The notes under the pieces were generated by a model, which was not told where the DNA came from, searched no databases, and saw only the letters and a program-made list of their open reading frames with translations. A DNA stretch of 63,582 bases, filler included, from Octopus bimaculoides (taxonomy: Eukaryota), in NCBI RefSeq assembly GCF_001194135.2. It is 6 parts of 6 records of this genome, joined end to end, with 100 filler letters (N's around TTAATTAATTAA, not from the genome) between each part and the next. Parts side by side here need not be neighbours in the genome. Positions count along the whole stretch, not along the records: positions 1 to 27,287 come from NC_068997.1; positions 27,388 to 42,778 come from NC_068994.1; 4 more parts are not named here. One strand, 5' to 3'. Every line of letters begins with the position of its first letter. Position 1 is the stretch's first letter. A program made the position numbers and the translations under genes. Positions 25,685-38,717 of the stretch are shown here, piece after piece.

Positions 25685-26075
25685 GTAGGGTTGTTTGGTT
25701 AAGAAGTTCACTTTGCAACCAGTGGTTTAGTGTTCAGTATCACTGCGCAGCACCTTAGACACATGTCCTCTACTATAGTCCTGGGCCGTTCAATGCCATG
25801 GAGGTGAATTTGGTAGATGGAAGCTGAGAAATGGTCAGTCGTATATGCGTGTTTCTGTTGTGTGCGTGCGCGCGTGCGTTTGTGAACGTGTGTGCGTGTG
25901 TGCGCGCGCGCGTATGCCTTTCTGTTTGTCTCCCCCAGCTGATACTTAATTTATCGATCACGAAAGGATGAAAGGCAAAGTCACCCTCGGTGGAATTAGA
26001 ACTCAGAACATAAAGACAGACGAAATACTGCTAAGCATTTTGGCCGGGGTGCTAACGTTTCTGCCAGCTCGCAGG
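25685..26075. mobile_element. SINE family B head (+) followed by SINE family A (-)
   Basis: 25685-25860 family B-like; 25935-26075 family A body. Confidence 0.8.
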
Positions 26076-26481
26076 CTGTTCTGTTGATCGGATCAACTGG
26101 AACCCTCGTAGTTGTAACGGGCGGAGCGCCAGCAGATTAATCCATTGAAAAATTACATTGCTGACTATAATTTAGATATCTTTGAGAATAGTAGAACGTG
26201 GGTGAACTACTGATGGTTTGAGTTAGCAAAAAGGGAATATAAACCTAAATCAAAGTGGAATAAATCATATTACCGTATGGAAAGGGAGAAGTCAGACAGT
26301 TCGGGAAGCCAGGAGTAGCGTAACCCTTCAACGAAAATGAATGAAATATTTACGTTCTGCATCTTTTTCTCTTGTTTGTTGTTCAAATGATTTATTACAC
26401 TTCGTAATGTAGACATATTGACAGATACAACTAGAGAAAATATGAAAAGAGCAGGTGCAGACGAAGATGAGGATGGTGAGT

Positions 26482-26623
26482 AGATACACAGACAGACTGA
26501 CAAGCAGACAGACAGACTGACAAGCAGACAGACAGACTGACAGGCAGACAGACAGACTGACAAGCAGACAGACAGACTGACAAGCAGACAGACAGACTGA
26601 CAAGCAGACAGACAGACAGGTAG

Positions 26624-26695
<72 letters not shown>
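26482..26695. repeat. 20-bp tandem CAAGCAGACAGACAGACTGA (about 6 copies) then (GATA)n
   Basis: Direct reading. Confidence 0.95.
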
Positions 26696-26696
<1 letters not shown>

Positions 26697-26792
26697 TTAT
26701 TCATTAAAATACAGAGATGCCTATAATAGGACATCTAACCCGCTAGAAAGAGCAGCCTATTATAGGCATCTCTGTATTTTAATGAATAATAT
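26694..26792. repeat. Perfect 37-bp inverted repeat with 25-bp spacer
   Basis: ATATTATTCATTAAAATACAGAGATGCCTATAATAGG ... CCTATTATAGGCATCTCTGTATTTTAATGAATAATAT. Confidence 0.95.
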
Positions 26793-26883
26793 ATATATAG
26801 TCTATTGACTAATTTTTATTCCCGCTGGACCACTGGTGGTAAATTAAATTTCTAAAATTTTTTTGCTGCCCTATGATTTATTA

Positions 26884-26947
<64 letters not shown>

Positions 26948-27387
26948 GGTATACACCGGCATATGGACTCATACGGAGACGGACATATACACAGCCAGCC
27001 AGACACATTGACAGACAAACAAACGGGCAGTCAATCAGACAGCTAGACAGACATAAAATGTATAGAACGTCATATGGACCGACACAGGGACAGACAGACA
27101 AACCACATAAGCAAATGTAGAGTTAGATAACAAGGTAGATATATTATACAGCGTCAAATTGAACGATATCTAGATACATTTCTTTTATTAGCCACACAGG
27201 GCTCAACGAAGATGGGACAAATACAATGTAGAGCTTTTCTTTTTGGGAGGGGGAAGGAAGGAAAAAAAAAAAAAAAAAAAAAAAAAANNNNNNNNNNNNN
27301 NNNNNNNNNNNNNNNNNNNNNNNNNNNNNNNTTAATTAATTAANNNNNNNNNNNNNNNNNNNNNNNNNNNNNNNNNNNNNNNNNNNN

Positions 27388-27436
<49 letters not shown>

Positions 27437-27614
27437 ACACACAAAACTATACAAAAATATATAAATATTCATATATCCATATCATCATCATTTAGCATTT
27501 ACTGTCCATGCTGGCAGGGGTTACCTGTTTGACTGAAGCTGTTAAGCTGGTGAGTTGTACCAGGTTCCACTCATATATACATGCATGCACACATATACAC
27601 ATATGTATATTTAT

Positions 27615-27739
27615 CTTTTATCTTGTTTCAGTCTGTAGACTGTGGCCATGCTGGGGCACTGCTTTGAGAAATTTTAGTTGAACTAATTGACCCTATTACT
27701 TATTTTCTTTTTAAGCATGGAACTTATTCTCTCTCTCTC

Positions 27740-27786
<47 letters not shown>

Positions 27787-28455
27787 TTATAAATGTGTGT
27801 GTGCATGTGTGTGTGTGGCCATGCTAGGGTGCTGGCTTGAAGAATTTTAGTTCAATGAATTGACCCCATTTAATATTTTTTGTAAAGCCTGGTACTTATT
27901 CTATCAGTCTCTTTGTTAAACTGCCTGTCAAAATCCCTGTTTACAGGGATGTAAACACACCAACACCAGTTGTTAAGTGGTAGTGGTGGTGGAGGGGAGA
28001 CAAACATACACACACACGCACATATAAATACAATGGGCTTCTTTCAGTTTCTGTCCACCAAATCCACTCACAAAGCTTTGGTTATCCCAGAGTATTAGAA
28101 GAAACTTGCCAAAGGTTTGATACTGTGGGACTGAACTCTGAACCACGTGGTTGGGAAACAAACTTCTTACCACACAGCCACACCTGTACCTGGGGACAGT
28201 TGGTACATCAGAATTTATTTGATCCATGGGGTATACTATTCTTATTTCTTTATTGCCCACAAGGGGCTAAACATAGAGGGGACAAACAAGGACAGACAAA
28301 TGGATTAAGTCGATTACATCGACCCCAGTGCATAACTGGTACTTAATTTATCGACCCCGAAAGGATGAAAGGCAAAGTCGACCTCAGTGGAATTTGAACT
28401 CAGAACGTAATGACAGATGAAATACCACTAAGCATTTTGCCCGGCGTGCTAACAT
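27615..28455 (-). mobile_element. SINE family B copies (27615-28185) and family A copy (28240-28455), CpG-decayed
   Basis: Consensus motifs with CG>TG/CA changes (gacctcagtggaa, gacagatgaaataccact). Confidence 0.85.
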
Positions 28456-29496
28456 TTAAAAAAATTTTTTGCTTCAGTGTATCCCTGAAGATTAAATAAA
28501 GGCTGGAGAATACAACAGCCAAAACATGGTGAAAGCAACAATCAGGATGATAACACCAGTCTAACTAATATAAAAAGTGCACATAATTCTGAATAACTGT
28601 TCTTCAAAAACAGATTCGGAGGACAACCACTCTTCATACCAACAAAACTTCTGCATGATTATGATTCTTAGAAACTTGACAATGATTCCAACATTGACTA
28701 GAAATATAGCCTTTCTCAAGCTTGTGACCATTACATCACATTTCAATCCAAGAGCAAGAGACAGGGCTTAAAAATACCATTTGAACAAAGCTAAATGTGA
28801 GCCACTTAAAGCTATAAGATGTCAATTTTGTCACATATTCATGGAATACATTATGCATTTGAACAGTAACTACTCCACCATCACCAATGCTATCAAAATA
28901 TCACTTTCAAAGTAGCATGACATTTAGTAGAACAGTATACAATGCTATTAGTAGGATAGACAACCATAGCCTCATAGAAACACAAGTTTCTTCAGGTATA
29001 CGATTGATTGTCATTTGAAGTTCAATATGGCTGTTGTTTCCAGAAGATGCATGCATGATTTCGTTTAACAAGAAAAGGCATCTATGTAAACACTAGCGTT
29101 GATATTGATTATATGTAATTAACGATTTTATTACGACCAATGAACAAATGATACAGTTGAAAACAGGATTTTAATATCTTGCCATCTAACATCCTCCACA
29201 CACATAATACACACTCCTGTTTGATAATCCGCTACTGAGTCACCAGTATGCTCCATATACGACCATACTCACTGATGTGCATGAATGAAGACGCATGTAT
29301 GCACGTGCATGTATTGAGGTTGTATGAAAGTGCTTAAGAAGTGTTAAGGAAATAGACAAACAAATTTAATGATTTGAAGTTATGAAAAGAAGCAGAAAAA
29401 CACAAAGATATCCGGAGAATAAAAGGATAAAACCGATGTAGGATGTATATATATATACACACACATATATATGTATATGTGTGTATGTTTATATAC

Positions 29497-29549
<53 letters not shown>

Positions 29550-29761
29550 CATACATATAATATATATATATACATGCATGTATACACACACACAGAATAT
29601 TCATTTGTTCATTTAATGTGTCTGTTTACATGCTAATATAGGTTGGGATGTATTAATAGAAAGATTTTACAGTTGGATGCTCTTTCTGTTGTCAATGCCA
29701 ACTGGTTTATTTGTTTGTTTGTATGTATGCATACATGCATACATGCTTGCTTACATGTATG

Positions 29762-29792
<31 letters not shown>

Positions 29793-29859
29793 CTATCTAT
29801 CTGTCTGTCTGTCTGTCTGTCTATCTAGGTAAGTAGGTATGCATGCATTTTACTGCCAT

Positions 29860-30265
29860 TGTCATCACCATCATCATCATTATCATCATTTAATGGCCCT
29901 TTTTCCATGGTGGTACAGGTCAGATGGTTCAGTGTGAAATGTGAACAGATAAGCCAGCGTCTCATGCCACATTCTAATGTCTGCTTGGCATGGTTTCTAC
30001 AACTGGCTTCTCCTCATAGCACTAACCACTGCAGCAAGGGTACTTGGTCCTTTATACATGGCACCAACTCTAATGCGGTCACTGAGTCCCCCCAACACAC
30101 ACATACACACACATGTTTCCACACAGTTTTAATTCACCAAATTCACTCACATTACTGTTGATAGTGCAAGGGTATCGTAGAAATCCCTTGCTTAAGGTGC
30201 CACACAATGGTATTGAACCTGAAGCCATTTGGTCACAAAGTAACCTTTTTAACACAACAACCATG
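29860..30265 (-). mobile_element. Degenerate RTE-associated SINE tail (family C) plus family B head
   Basis: catcatttaatggcccttttccatg..., gcttggcatggtttctacaactgg; aaggtgccacacaatggtattgaacc. Confidence 0.65.
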
Positions 30266-30756
30266 TCTGTGCTTTGTGAATATCAACACATTGAACAATA
30301 AGGATACAGACAAGATAAAGGGAAAGCTAAAATATTTTGGATCAATGATTTTAGATGTGTGCAATAACATCAACAACAAAGCAATGTTTTCACATTTTCA
30401 ATATTTTTCCATTTGCTTGACATATTTTTCATGCAAGACAGGAGATGAATGGCCATGCTTGTGGGACGATGTTGCTCATTTAGCTAGACACACACAGACA
30501 CACACACACAGACACACACACACAGACACANNNNNNNNNNNNNNNNNNNNNNNNNNNNNNNNNNNNNNNNNNNNNNNNNNNNNNNNNNNNNNNNNNNNNN
30601 NNNNNNNNNNNNNNNNNNNNNNNNNNNNNNNNNNNNNNNNNNNNNNNNNNNNNNNNNNNNNNNNNNNNNNNNNNNNNNNNNNNNNNNNNNNNNNNNNNNN
30701 NNNNNNNNNNNNNNNNNNNNNNNNNNNNNNNNNNNNNNNNNNNNNNNNNNNNNNNN

Positions 30757-30867
<111 letters not shown>

Positions 30868-31413
30868 ATATATAAACATGTATATATATGTGCATATATG
30901 CATATATTCATACATGTGTGTGTGTGTGTGTGTGTGTAAGTATACATATATAAGTAATAATCATGCCTTTCAATCATGACATCCAAAGATGTGAACGTAC
31001 TACAGGAATATTATCACATATTTCATATATTATAGTATGTATTGCTTAACATTGTATGAAATGCAAAACATTGTAAGGGATATGGATTAAATGATATTGT
31101 CCATTTGCAAAAACAATTGTAATGTCAATTTGACTTCTCTTTTCCTCAGTTAAATTATTACTGTTATTATTCACACTTATATTAAGCCTGTTGGGTCTTA
31201 CCTTGGAGTTGTGTAGCATTCCCCTTTCATATCAAAGTATTTTGAAGTATTATGCTAATCACGGTCCTTTATGATGTGTTAATGAGGTGACAACTAGGAT
31301 TTTAATTACTGTCAATCAATTTATCTATAAGCCTATTTGTCTGTCTGTCTCTGTCTGTCTATCTGTCTCTCTCTCTCTCTTCCTCTCTCTCTCTCTCTCT
31401 TCCTCTCTCTCTC

Positions 31414-31469
<56 letters not shown>

Positions 31470-31910
31470 ATGCACAAAGAGATGTGTGATCATCTAAAAT
31501 GACAAAAGCAGTAGTAGATTAACAGGGCTGTAGATTATCATAGTAAATACATTAAAATATTTAGTTTTATGTAGGCTGTAAGCTGGCAGAATTATTAGTA
31601 TCTGGACAAAATGCTAACTGGCATTTTGTCTGAGCTCAAATCCCATCAAGGTTGAGTTTGCTTTTCTAACTTTTGGGGCCAATAAATAAGTATCAGTTGA
31701 ACACTAGGGTTGATGTAACCAACTTACCCACCCAGAAATTTTTAGTTTCATGTCATTCAGATATCAATGTAGCTCATCGAGGGTTTCATAAAGAGACAAA
31801 CAGCAAAATAACTGTCAATTTAATTGTCTTTTTGGTATTTTTTTCTATTTGCTCAGCATCATCTATTCACTACAATTTGTAATTTCATCAAACGTAAAGA
31901 TGACTACACC

Positions 31911-31997
31911 ACATAACCACATAAACCATTCCATCATTCATGTCTATAGATTATCATAACCACATATACCATTCCATCATTCGTGTCTATAGGTTAT
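31911..31997. repeat. 43-bp tandem duplication
   Basis: cataaccacata.accattccatcattc.tgtctatag.ttat x2. Confidence 0.9.
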
Positions 31998-33355
31998 CAT
32001 CTTTTAATCCATCAAGATCTTAATCATAGTTTTGGGATAATGCTCACTAATCCTCCTACCATCGACCAAATGTCCACATGAGCACTGTGGCTGGTGTGCA
32101 ATTCTGTGAGTTGTCTATCATCTTCTTCCTTCATAAAACTTATAAAGATATTAATAGTTTTGCTTTTCACTATTTCATGTTTAATTTGTCATGTTTCAAT
32201 AAGTCACAAAGGTTTGAAATATTGATAATTGGATTTGTCCTTTGAACTAGTTTTATACAGCTGAATAATTTTTCTAGAGTCAGCAATTTATATCCTCGGG
32301 AAACCAATTCAACTGAAGCTAATGTATCATCTTCTAGTGGTGTCTGCATAATTTGATCCAGGTATTTTAAAAGATTAAATATAGTATATATGATCTACAC
32401 TTACCAATGATTAATTAATTTAGTCTACTGAAATTTTCTTTTATTCTTTTAATTTTTTTCCACTCATTGGACCTCAGGCATGCTGGGACATCACCTTATG
32501 TTGTTAATATACTTGAGAAGGTCTTTATTTCATCATACACATTTTCTTTCCTCACCAAAATCTGAGGTTCTGTGTGTGTATGCATGCATATGTGTGTGTG
32601 AGTGTGTGTGTGAGTTCATGTACTCTTGTTTTGACATCCTGTTATGATTGTAAATGAGCATCACTGTCATACAAGTCAGGCTTTTCATTTTTCATTTCCA
32701 GCCTTCATTTCTAGCTAAGGGAAATATTACGTTATTGGAAGGAGGGAGGGTTGGTGACAGGGAGGGTATCTGGCCATAGAAAATCTGCCTCAAAAAATTC
32801 CATTTGACCCAAGCAAAAATGGAAAGATGGACATTGAATGGTGGTGATGATGATGATGATGACTCCCTAATAAATTTCTTTAGGGCTGCTTCTATTTAAT
32901 AATGGAATGAAATGCAAATTTAAACAGTTACAGATGTTTTATAATCTTTGAGTCACATAATGATGGAACAATACTTCACAAACCTTATGAATAACAGATA
33001 TCTGGTGCAACTACCATTGCACCAGCCCCATGTATAAGTTTTAGTTGGTAGATGATGAACAAGCCATGAAGTCCTTAATATTGAAAATTGTGAGAAATAC
33101 AAAATATGCGAGCGTATTAAACTGAACATTTCTAAGAGGAGAAATGTTGGGTAATATTGGAATGGAGATAAATGTGAACAACTGAGATAACAAGTTAATA
33201 TACTGAGATCAGTAAAGTAAATGTATACTGAAAAATATGAAGGTCAGCAATATATGGTTATCATATTGAAGTATAAAGATAAAATAAATATGGAAATAAC
33301 AGAGAAATATGAAACTATGAAGTTGAGAAATGGCAATAATAATAATGATAATAAA

Positions 33356-33401
<46 letters not shown>

Positions 33402-34214
33402 GCAATAACAACAATAAAATCCAGATGCAATATAAATGAATAAATAAAATGATAGATTTGATGTTGAATAGAATAATCTAAAATGGTGAAATATCAAGAA
33501 AAGATGAAGATAAACGAAATGCTGAATAAAATCTGGTGAATAGAGAAACATATACGTATACACAGATATAAAGGTAGGATGCTTTTATAAAAACAAATTT
33601 CAGAAGTAATTGCAGAAATATGGAGTTTGTGATGAAATAAAATGAAACAATGAAATGCAATGGGTTTGCAGAGAAAAGGAGAAATAGGCAACATAACATA
33701 AGAATGATAATGTATATATATATATATATATATAAAAGCATGGGAGAGAGAGTAAGACTGGAACATTGAAATAACAAATAACTGAGACATACAGCTAAGT
33801 AAATTAGAAGTGTACACGAGAAAGAATCTAAACTAAATCTGGGAAATATAATAGAGACTGGAAAATGTCTATGTGTATGTGTATATGTATATATATACAC
33901 ACGCATACATATATATATATATATATGAAATACGAAAGCATCAATGAAATATAAGTGCTTTCTTTATATTTCACAGTTTTGTCTCTCTGTTCCTGTTGTA
34001 CTGGCATTTGTTTCATATCGCTATTCTTCCTTGCTATCACCATAATTCTCTGTTATGTCCATATTTCACTAACATAACTTATAATTTTCTATTATCTCCA
34101 TATTTTACTTCCATAGCTATTTTTTCTGTTATATTCATATTTCCATCCTCCTTCTCATATTTCTCATAACCAGATGATATTTATCATTTATTGCTTTCTC
34201 TTTGTGTGTGTTTC

Positions 34215-34277
<63 letters not shown>

Positions 34278-34944
34278 ATGTTTGTATGAATATATAATAT
34301 CTTATATGTTCCTCTATCATAATGTTTCAAAATTGTTTTCATATTTATCTGCTTTTCCAGCATAATAATAAATAAATATTCTCATAACCCACACACCAAC
34401 CTCCTGAATATTATTTGTGTAGCTTACCCTTCTGCTCTGTTACTGCTAAAAAAATTTTTTTTTTCCTATTTTCTTATGGTCATTTAACTTCATTTATTAC
34501 TATAATATCACAATTTCAGTGTTTTGCTCAATACTGTCAGCTATCATGAAATTGTTGTTTCAAATAATAAGTTTTTGATTGTTTAGATGACCAATGGGTG
34601 ATGGTTTGATACCGTGCATCATTTGAAAAAGTGGATTTCTCCAATCGTTCTGGATTGTATCAATTTTAACTAAAATAAGGCAATTTTAAAATATTTCTAT
34701 GTAACCTGTATATAAATGTTGATATTGCTAAGTTGAGCCTATCATAAGCTAATTTTATTCATGATGCTCACTTTTCCCTTATTATGCACTGCTGAAATTC
34801 AGGTGCATTAAATTTGCCTTGTGTGTCTTTTTATATCGTTGAATATGATACTTGTTTTATCAACCATGATAGGAAGAAAAATGCCCCAAAATGCCTATTG
34901 CACAAAAAGAGCATGTTACCAAAGCTGACAATTAAAAGAAATCA

Positions 34945-35175
34945 ACCAAATGAGCAAATTGTCATGGTATAGGTTGCTCTCTGACAGATTTGTGGTCGAG
35001 CTTGTGGCAGTGGAGACCTCTGGCATTTTCAGTACCCAAACCATAACCCTGCTCACTGTTAGTGGGGTGGAGACAGCTATCTGCAAGTGCAAGCCCTGTG
35101 AGCCAGAGTGGCTGTTCCAGTGCATCTCCCTCACCATACTCCAAGGCAATGCCTTTTTCCATTTTGTCTGCTGGG
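34945..35175 (+). mobile_element. Non-LTR retrotransposon 3' end, REL endonuclease tail (CRE-like), copy 1
   Basis: LSDRFVVELVAVETSGIF...EPEWLFQCISLTILQGNAF matches the CRE-type F.PVAVETSG...EWLFQRLS.AI.RGNA ending. Confidence 0.75.
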
Positions 35176-36031
35176 ACCATGAGGCAGTCTGAATTGCAAG
35201 AAATTGTACATTCTCCTCCTTAATGTAAAGTTACCCCATATAAACAAAGAAAAAAATTATCATAAAAAAAAGAAAAATATCAAAATGAACCATCATTCCT
35301 ATTCTGATCTACATACTGAATCTACAACTTGATGTAGAGGCTACAATACATTTCCCACTCAGACTGGCATTACTCTTTACCTCTCCTCCTTTCCCATTCA
35401 TATTGTATTGCTCACTCCAGACCTTCCACTAACCACTTAACCCAGTCTTTCTTTCTAGTAAGGTTTTTCTCTAGAATTCCATTCATGCACATGTTTTTTC
35501 TGCAGTGATCAATCCACTGTTGTTCTGTGAAAACTCACCATTTTCAATAGGCCTGTAAAAGACCATGGACAAAACCTCTTCTACTAGATCAAACTATTAA
35601 AACAAATAAATAAAAAGGTGGCATAAATAATATAAGAAATTACCAGTGTGCCACCAACCCTTGATCAGTTACATTTAATACCATTATGGTTTCCAAAATT
35701 GATTATTGTAATACTCTGGTTTTCTCAAAATCCTTTCAACAAGATGTTGATCAGTCAGTCTGTCAATATGTCTGCCTATCTGTCTGTCTGTTTGTCTGTC
35801 TGGCTGCCTGCGTACATGTCTGTCTGTCTATCTGTCCATCCATCCATCCATCTATCCATCTGTCTATCTATTTATCTGTCTGTCTGTCTGTCTGTCTGCC
35901 TGTCTAACTATTTGTATGGATGTATGGGTGCGCATGTATACACACACACTCATATAGTTTTTATGTTGAGTTATAATAAAACAATTTTACTTCAAATTAC
36001 ACAGTATATATTCATTATAGTGTTACAAGAA

Positions 36032-36087
<56 letters not shown>

Positions 36088-36994
36088 ACACCTACTCATG
36101 CATGCACATGTGTGTGTGTGTGTGTGTGTATCAGTTCCATTGAAAATGCATTGGTTATTCCAAGTCTGTTATAGAAAACACAAGCTCAAAGTGACAGGTA
36201 AGGGGACTGAATCCAAAACCATGTAGTTGATACATGAACCAGTTAGGCACACAGTCATTTCTGTGCCTTATATATTCATTCCCCTTGTGAATTCTCCATT
36301 TCTACAATCTCACTCTCTCCTATAGTTTTACATGAGGAATTCATTTTTGTAGTACTGCCATACTTTTAAGAAGCATTCTAGAAGTAATCCAACCATTGTG
36401 TTCTTTTATTTGTTTACTGGTTTTCAGTCATTGGACTGTAGCCATGCTAGGGCAGTACCTGTAAAGGTTTTAGTCAACTACACATATTTCAGTCTGGTAA
36501 TTATTTTATCAGTCTCTGTATATCAAATGACTAAGTTCATCTTCTATATAAATGGATATAACTTAATTCACCACTTTACACACTCTCTTTCTCCTCCTCT
36601 CTCTCTTTCTCATGTATGTATATAAAAATTTTGATAATCTAATTGTGTGACTAGAGAATCAACAATGTACAGTTAGGCATGGTATACATAAGACTACACT
36701 ATTCCATGTGTCCTTTCTTTGTTAAAAGTCTAATTTGAGGAAGATTTGATTGCTACTTTTAGCAAGTTGAGAAATTGTACATAACCTCTCTTGCTGGCTT
36801 GCCCACTTGTAAGACTTTTTTTTTTTTATTGAAGTCTGAACATTAACTCATGCTTAGCAAACCATAAAAACTTCAAATCTGTTGATGTGCCAGAGTCTTT
36901 GTAATTCCTTTTTTAGAGATTTTCACATAGGTATTATTTTCAACCATTGTCTATTGTTCATCTCTCTCTCATAGTATTGCATAGTTTTAGACCA

Positions 36995-37335
36995 AGTGGA
37001 TGATAAAAGGCCTGATGGTATGATAATTTTCTTGTTCCATGGCAGTAGGCATTCATCTGGGATGTCACATGCTGTAACACTTTTCCCAATAGCAACTCGG
37101 TGTGTTCAGCTAACAGCCCAAGTTCTGCTGCTCTTCAGGCTGAGAAAAGCAAACTATCAAAGTATTGGTTGCTTTCTGACAGGTTTATGGCTGAGCCAGT
37201 GGCAGTGGAGATCTCCAGCATTATCAGTGCTCAGACCATATTTCTGCTCACTGCCATTGAGGCAGAGATGGTAATTCACAGTTGTGAGCCCCATGAGTCA
37301 GAGTGGCTGTTCCAGCACATCTCCCTCACCATATG
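36995..37335 (+). mobile_element. Non-LTR retrotransposon 3' end, REL endonuclease (CRE-like), copy 2
   Basis: DDKRPDGM (catalytic PD), AEKSKLSKY, FMAEPVAVEISSII, HESEWLFQHISLTI; frameshifted. Confidence 0.8.
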
Positions 37336-37484
37336 AGAAAAAGAGTATGATTGTGAATGCAAGCAGCCAAACTGGGGTTTCTACAAAGGATCTCTACTTG
37401 ACAGGATGTATAGCTTGGAGACCAGGAAGTTTCTCCAGGTTGAGCTGCAAGTTTTCCACATTGAAAGGCCACATGTGATTATAA

Positions 37485-37720
37485 TGTCACTGGAAAGGAT
37501 AACAAGACAAATTCTTCAAGCCAACCAACAGGTGACCTAACGGTAGAGCAAGTGTGAGATGGTTAGATATTATCCATAGTCACTGTTGGTCATGTTTGGG
37601 AATCCAGCTGGAAAGTCTAATGGTGGTTGCTTCTGATAGAACCATATAGAGGCAAAGTGTGAGGATTCATCCACCACGACCTTGCCAGTAATAGTGGGCA
37701 GAGAAGATGAATCGATGGAG
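37485..37720 (+). mobile_element. RTE-clade LINE 3' fragment
   Basis: ERITRQILQA..GR..VRWLDII...CLGIQ..LMVVASDR..*R with frameshifts and a GAAGA-rich tail. Confidence 0.7.
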
Positions 37721-38606
37721 TAAAGAAGAAGATGGAGGCATAGACTTTGTCAAGGTGGATTTTCTACAAACTGATACCCTTCCTGATGCCGAACTTTATC
37801 TGTTCAAGGCAAGAAAAATAATTAATAGACATCTGATGTCAGAGATACAGATATTATCTAGAGAAACTACTAAATAAATAGTAGTAAAAATAGTGGGAAT
37901 ATTTCTATTTTATTTATTAATCAGAACTGAAAGGTAATGCCCATATCTCTTTACTGTTCTTTGTGATTGGTGTCAGGAAAAGAGAAAAGGATACACAGCT
38001 GGAGAACTAACCTCAAATTTTGCAACAGAGTGGAGTCTTTTGAAACTAGGTGATAGAGTGAAGTATAACCATCCAAGTAAATCGTGCTGGAATTTGAACA
38101 CAGAATGCAAAGAACTAGAACAAATACCACAAGGTATTCTGACCAATATTTCTACAAATCCACTGTCCTTGACTGGTATTTTATTACATTCATTGATCCT
38201 GGAAGTTAGCCTTGCTGGGATTTGAACTAAGAATTCAGAACGCTAACATAAATATTATATTACATTTTGTCCAACAGTCTAACTAATCTCACAATTTACT
38301 GCCTTGAAATGCCAGTTGAAATGGATATAGATGAGTACAGAAAGAATAAACATTCTCTTAAAATCCCCTTATAAAAACCATTTCACCAAATTCCAAGATG
38401 AAGACAAAAACAAATAGGTATTGTTGAAAAGGATTTCAAGAGTTTTTATAGAATGTTTGGAGCCACATGTTCCTTGAAAGTAATTGAATAGTAAAGAAAT
38501 TTAGAAGTAGATATATCTGTCAGGAAATCAGAAATTGATCTCATCTCAAAGGATTGTTATTAGCCAATACACACACATGCATATGTCTGTCTCTCTTTCA
38601 CTGTGA

Positions 38607-38717
<111 letters not shown>

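Noticed and set aside
27331-27343. TTAATTAATTAA islands between N runs (also about 42823, 50668, 59567, 62155) look like a recurrent motif
   Set aside because: Always embedded in gaps, palindromic, with stops in all six frames: an artificial scaffolding linker
28868-28996. Plus-strand phase 1-1 exon candidate TTPPSPMLSKYHFQ...
   Set aside because: Mediocre splice sites, no compatible neighbour, and the opposite strand is equally open
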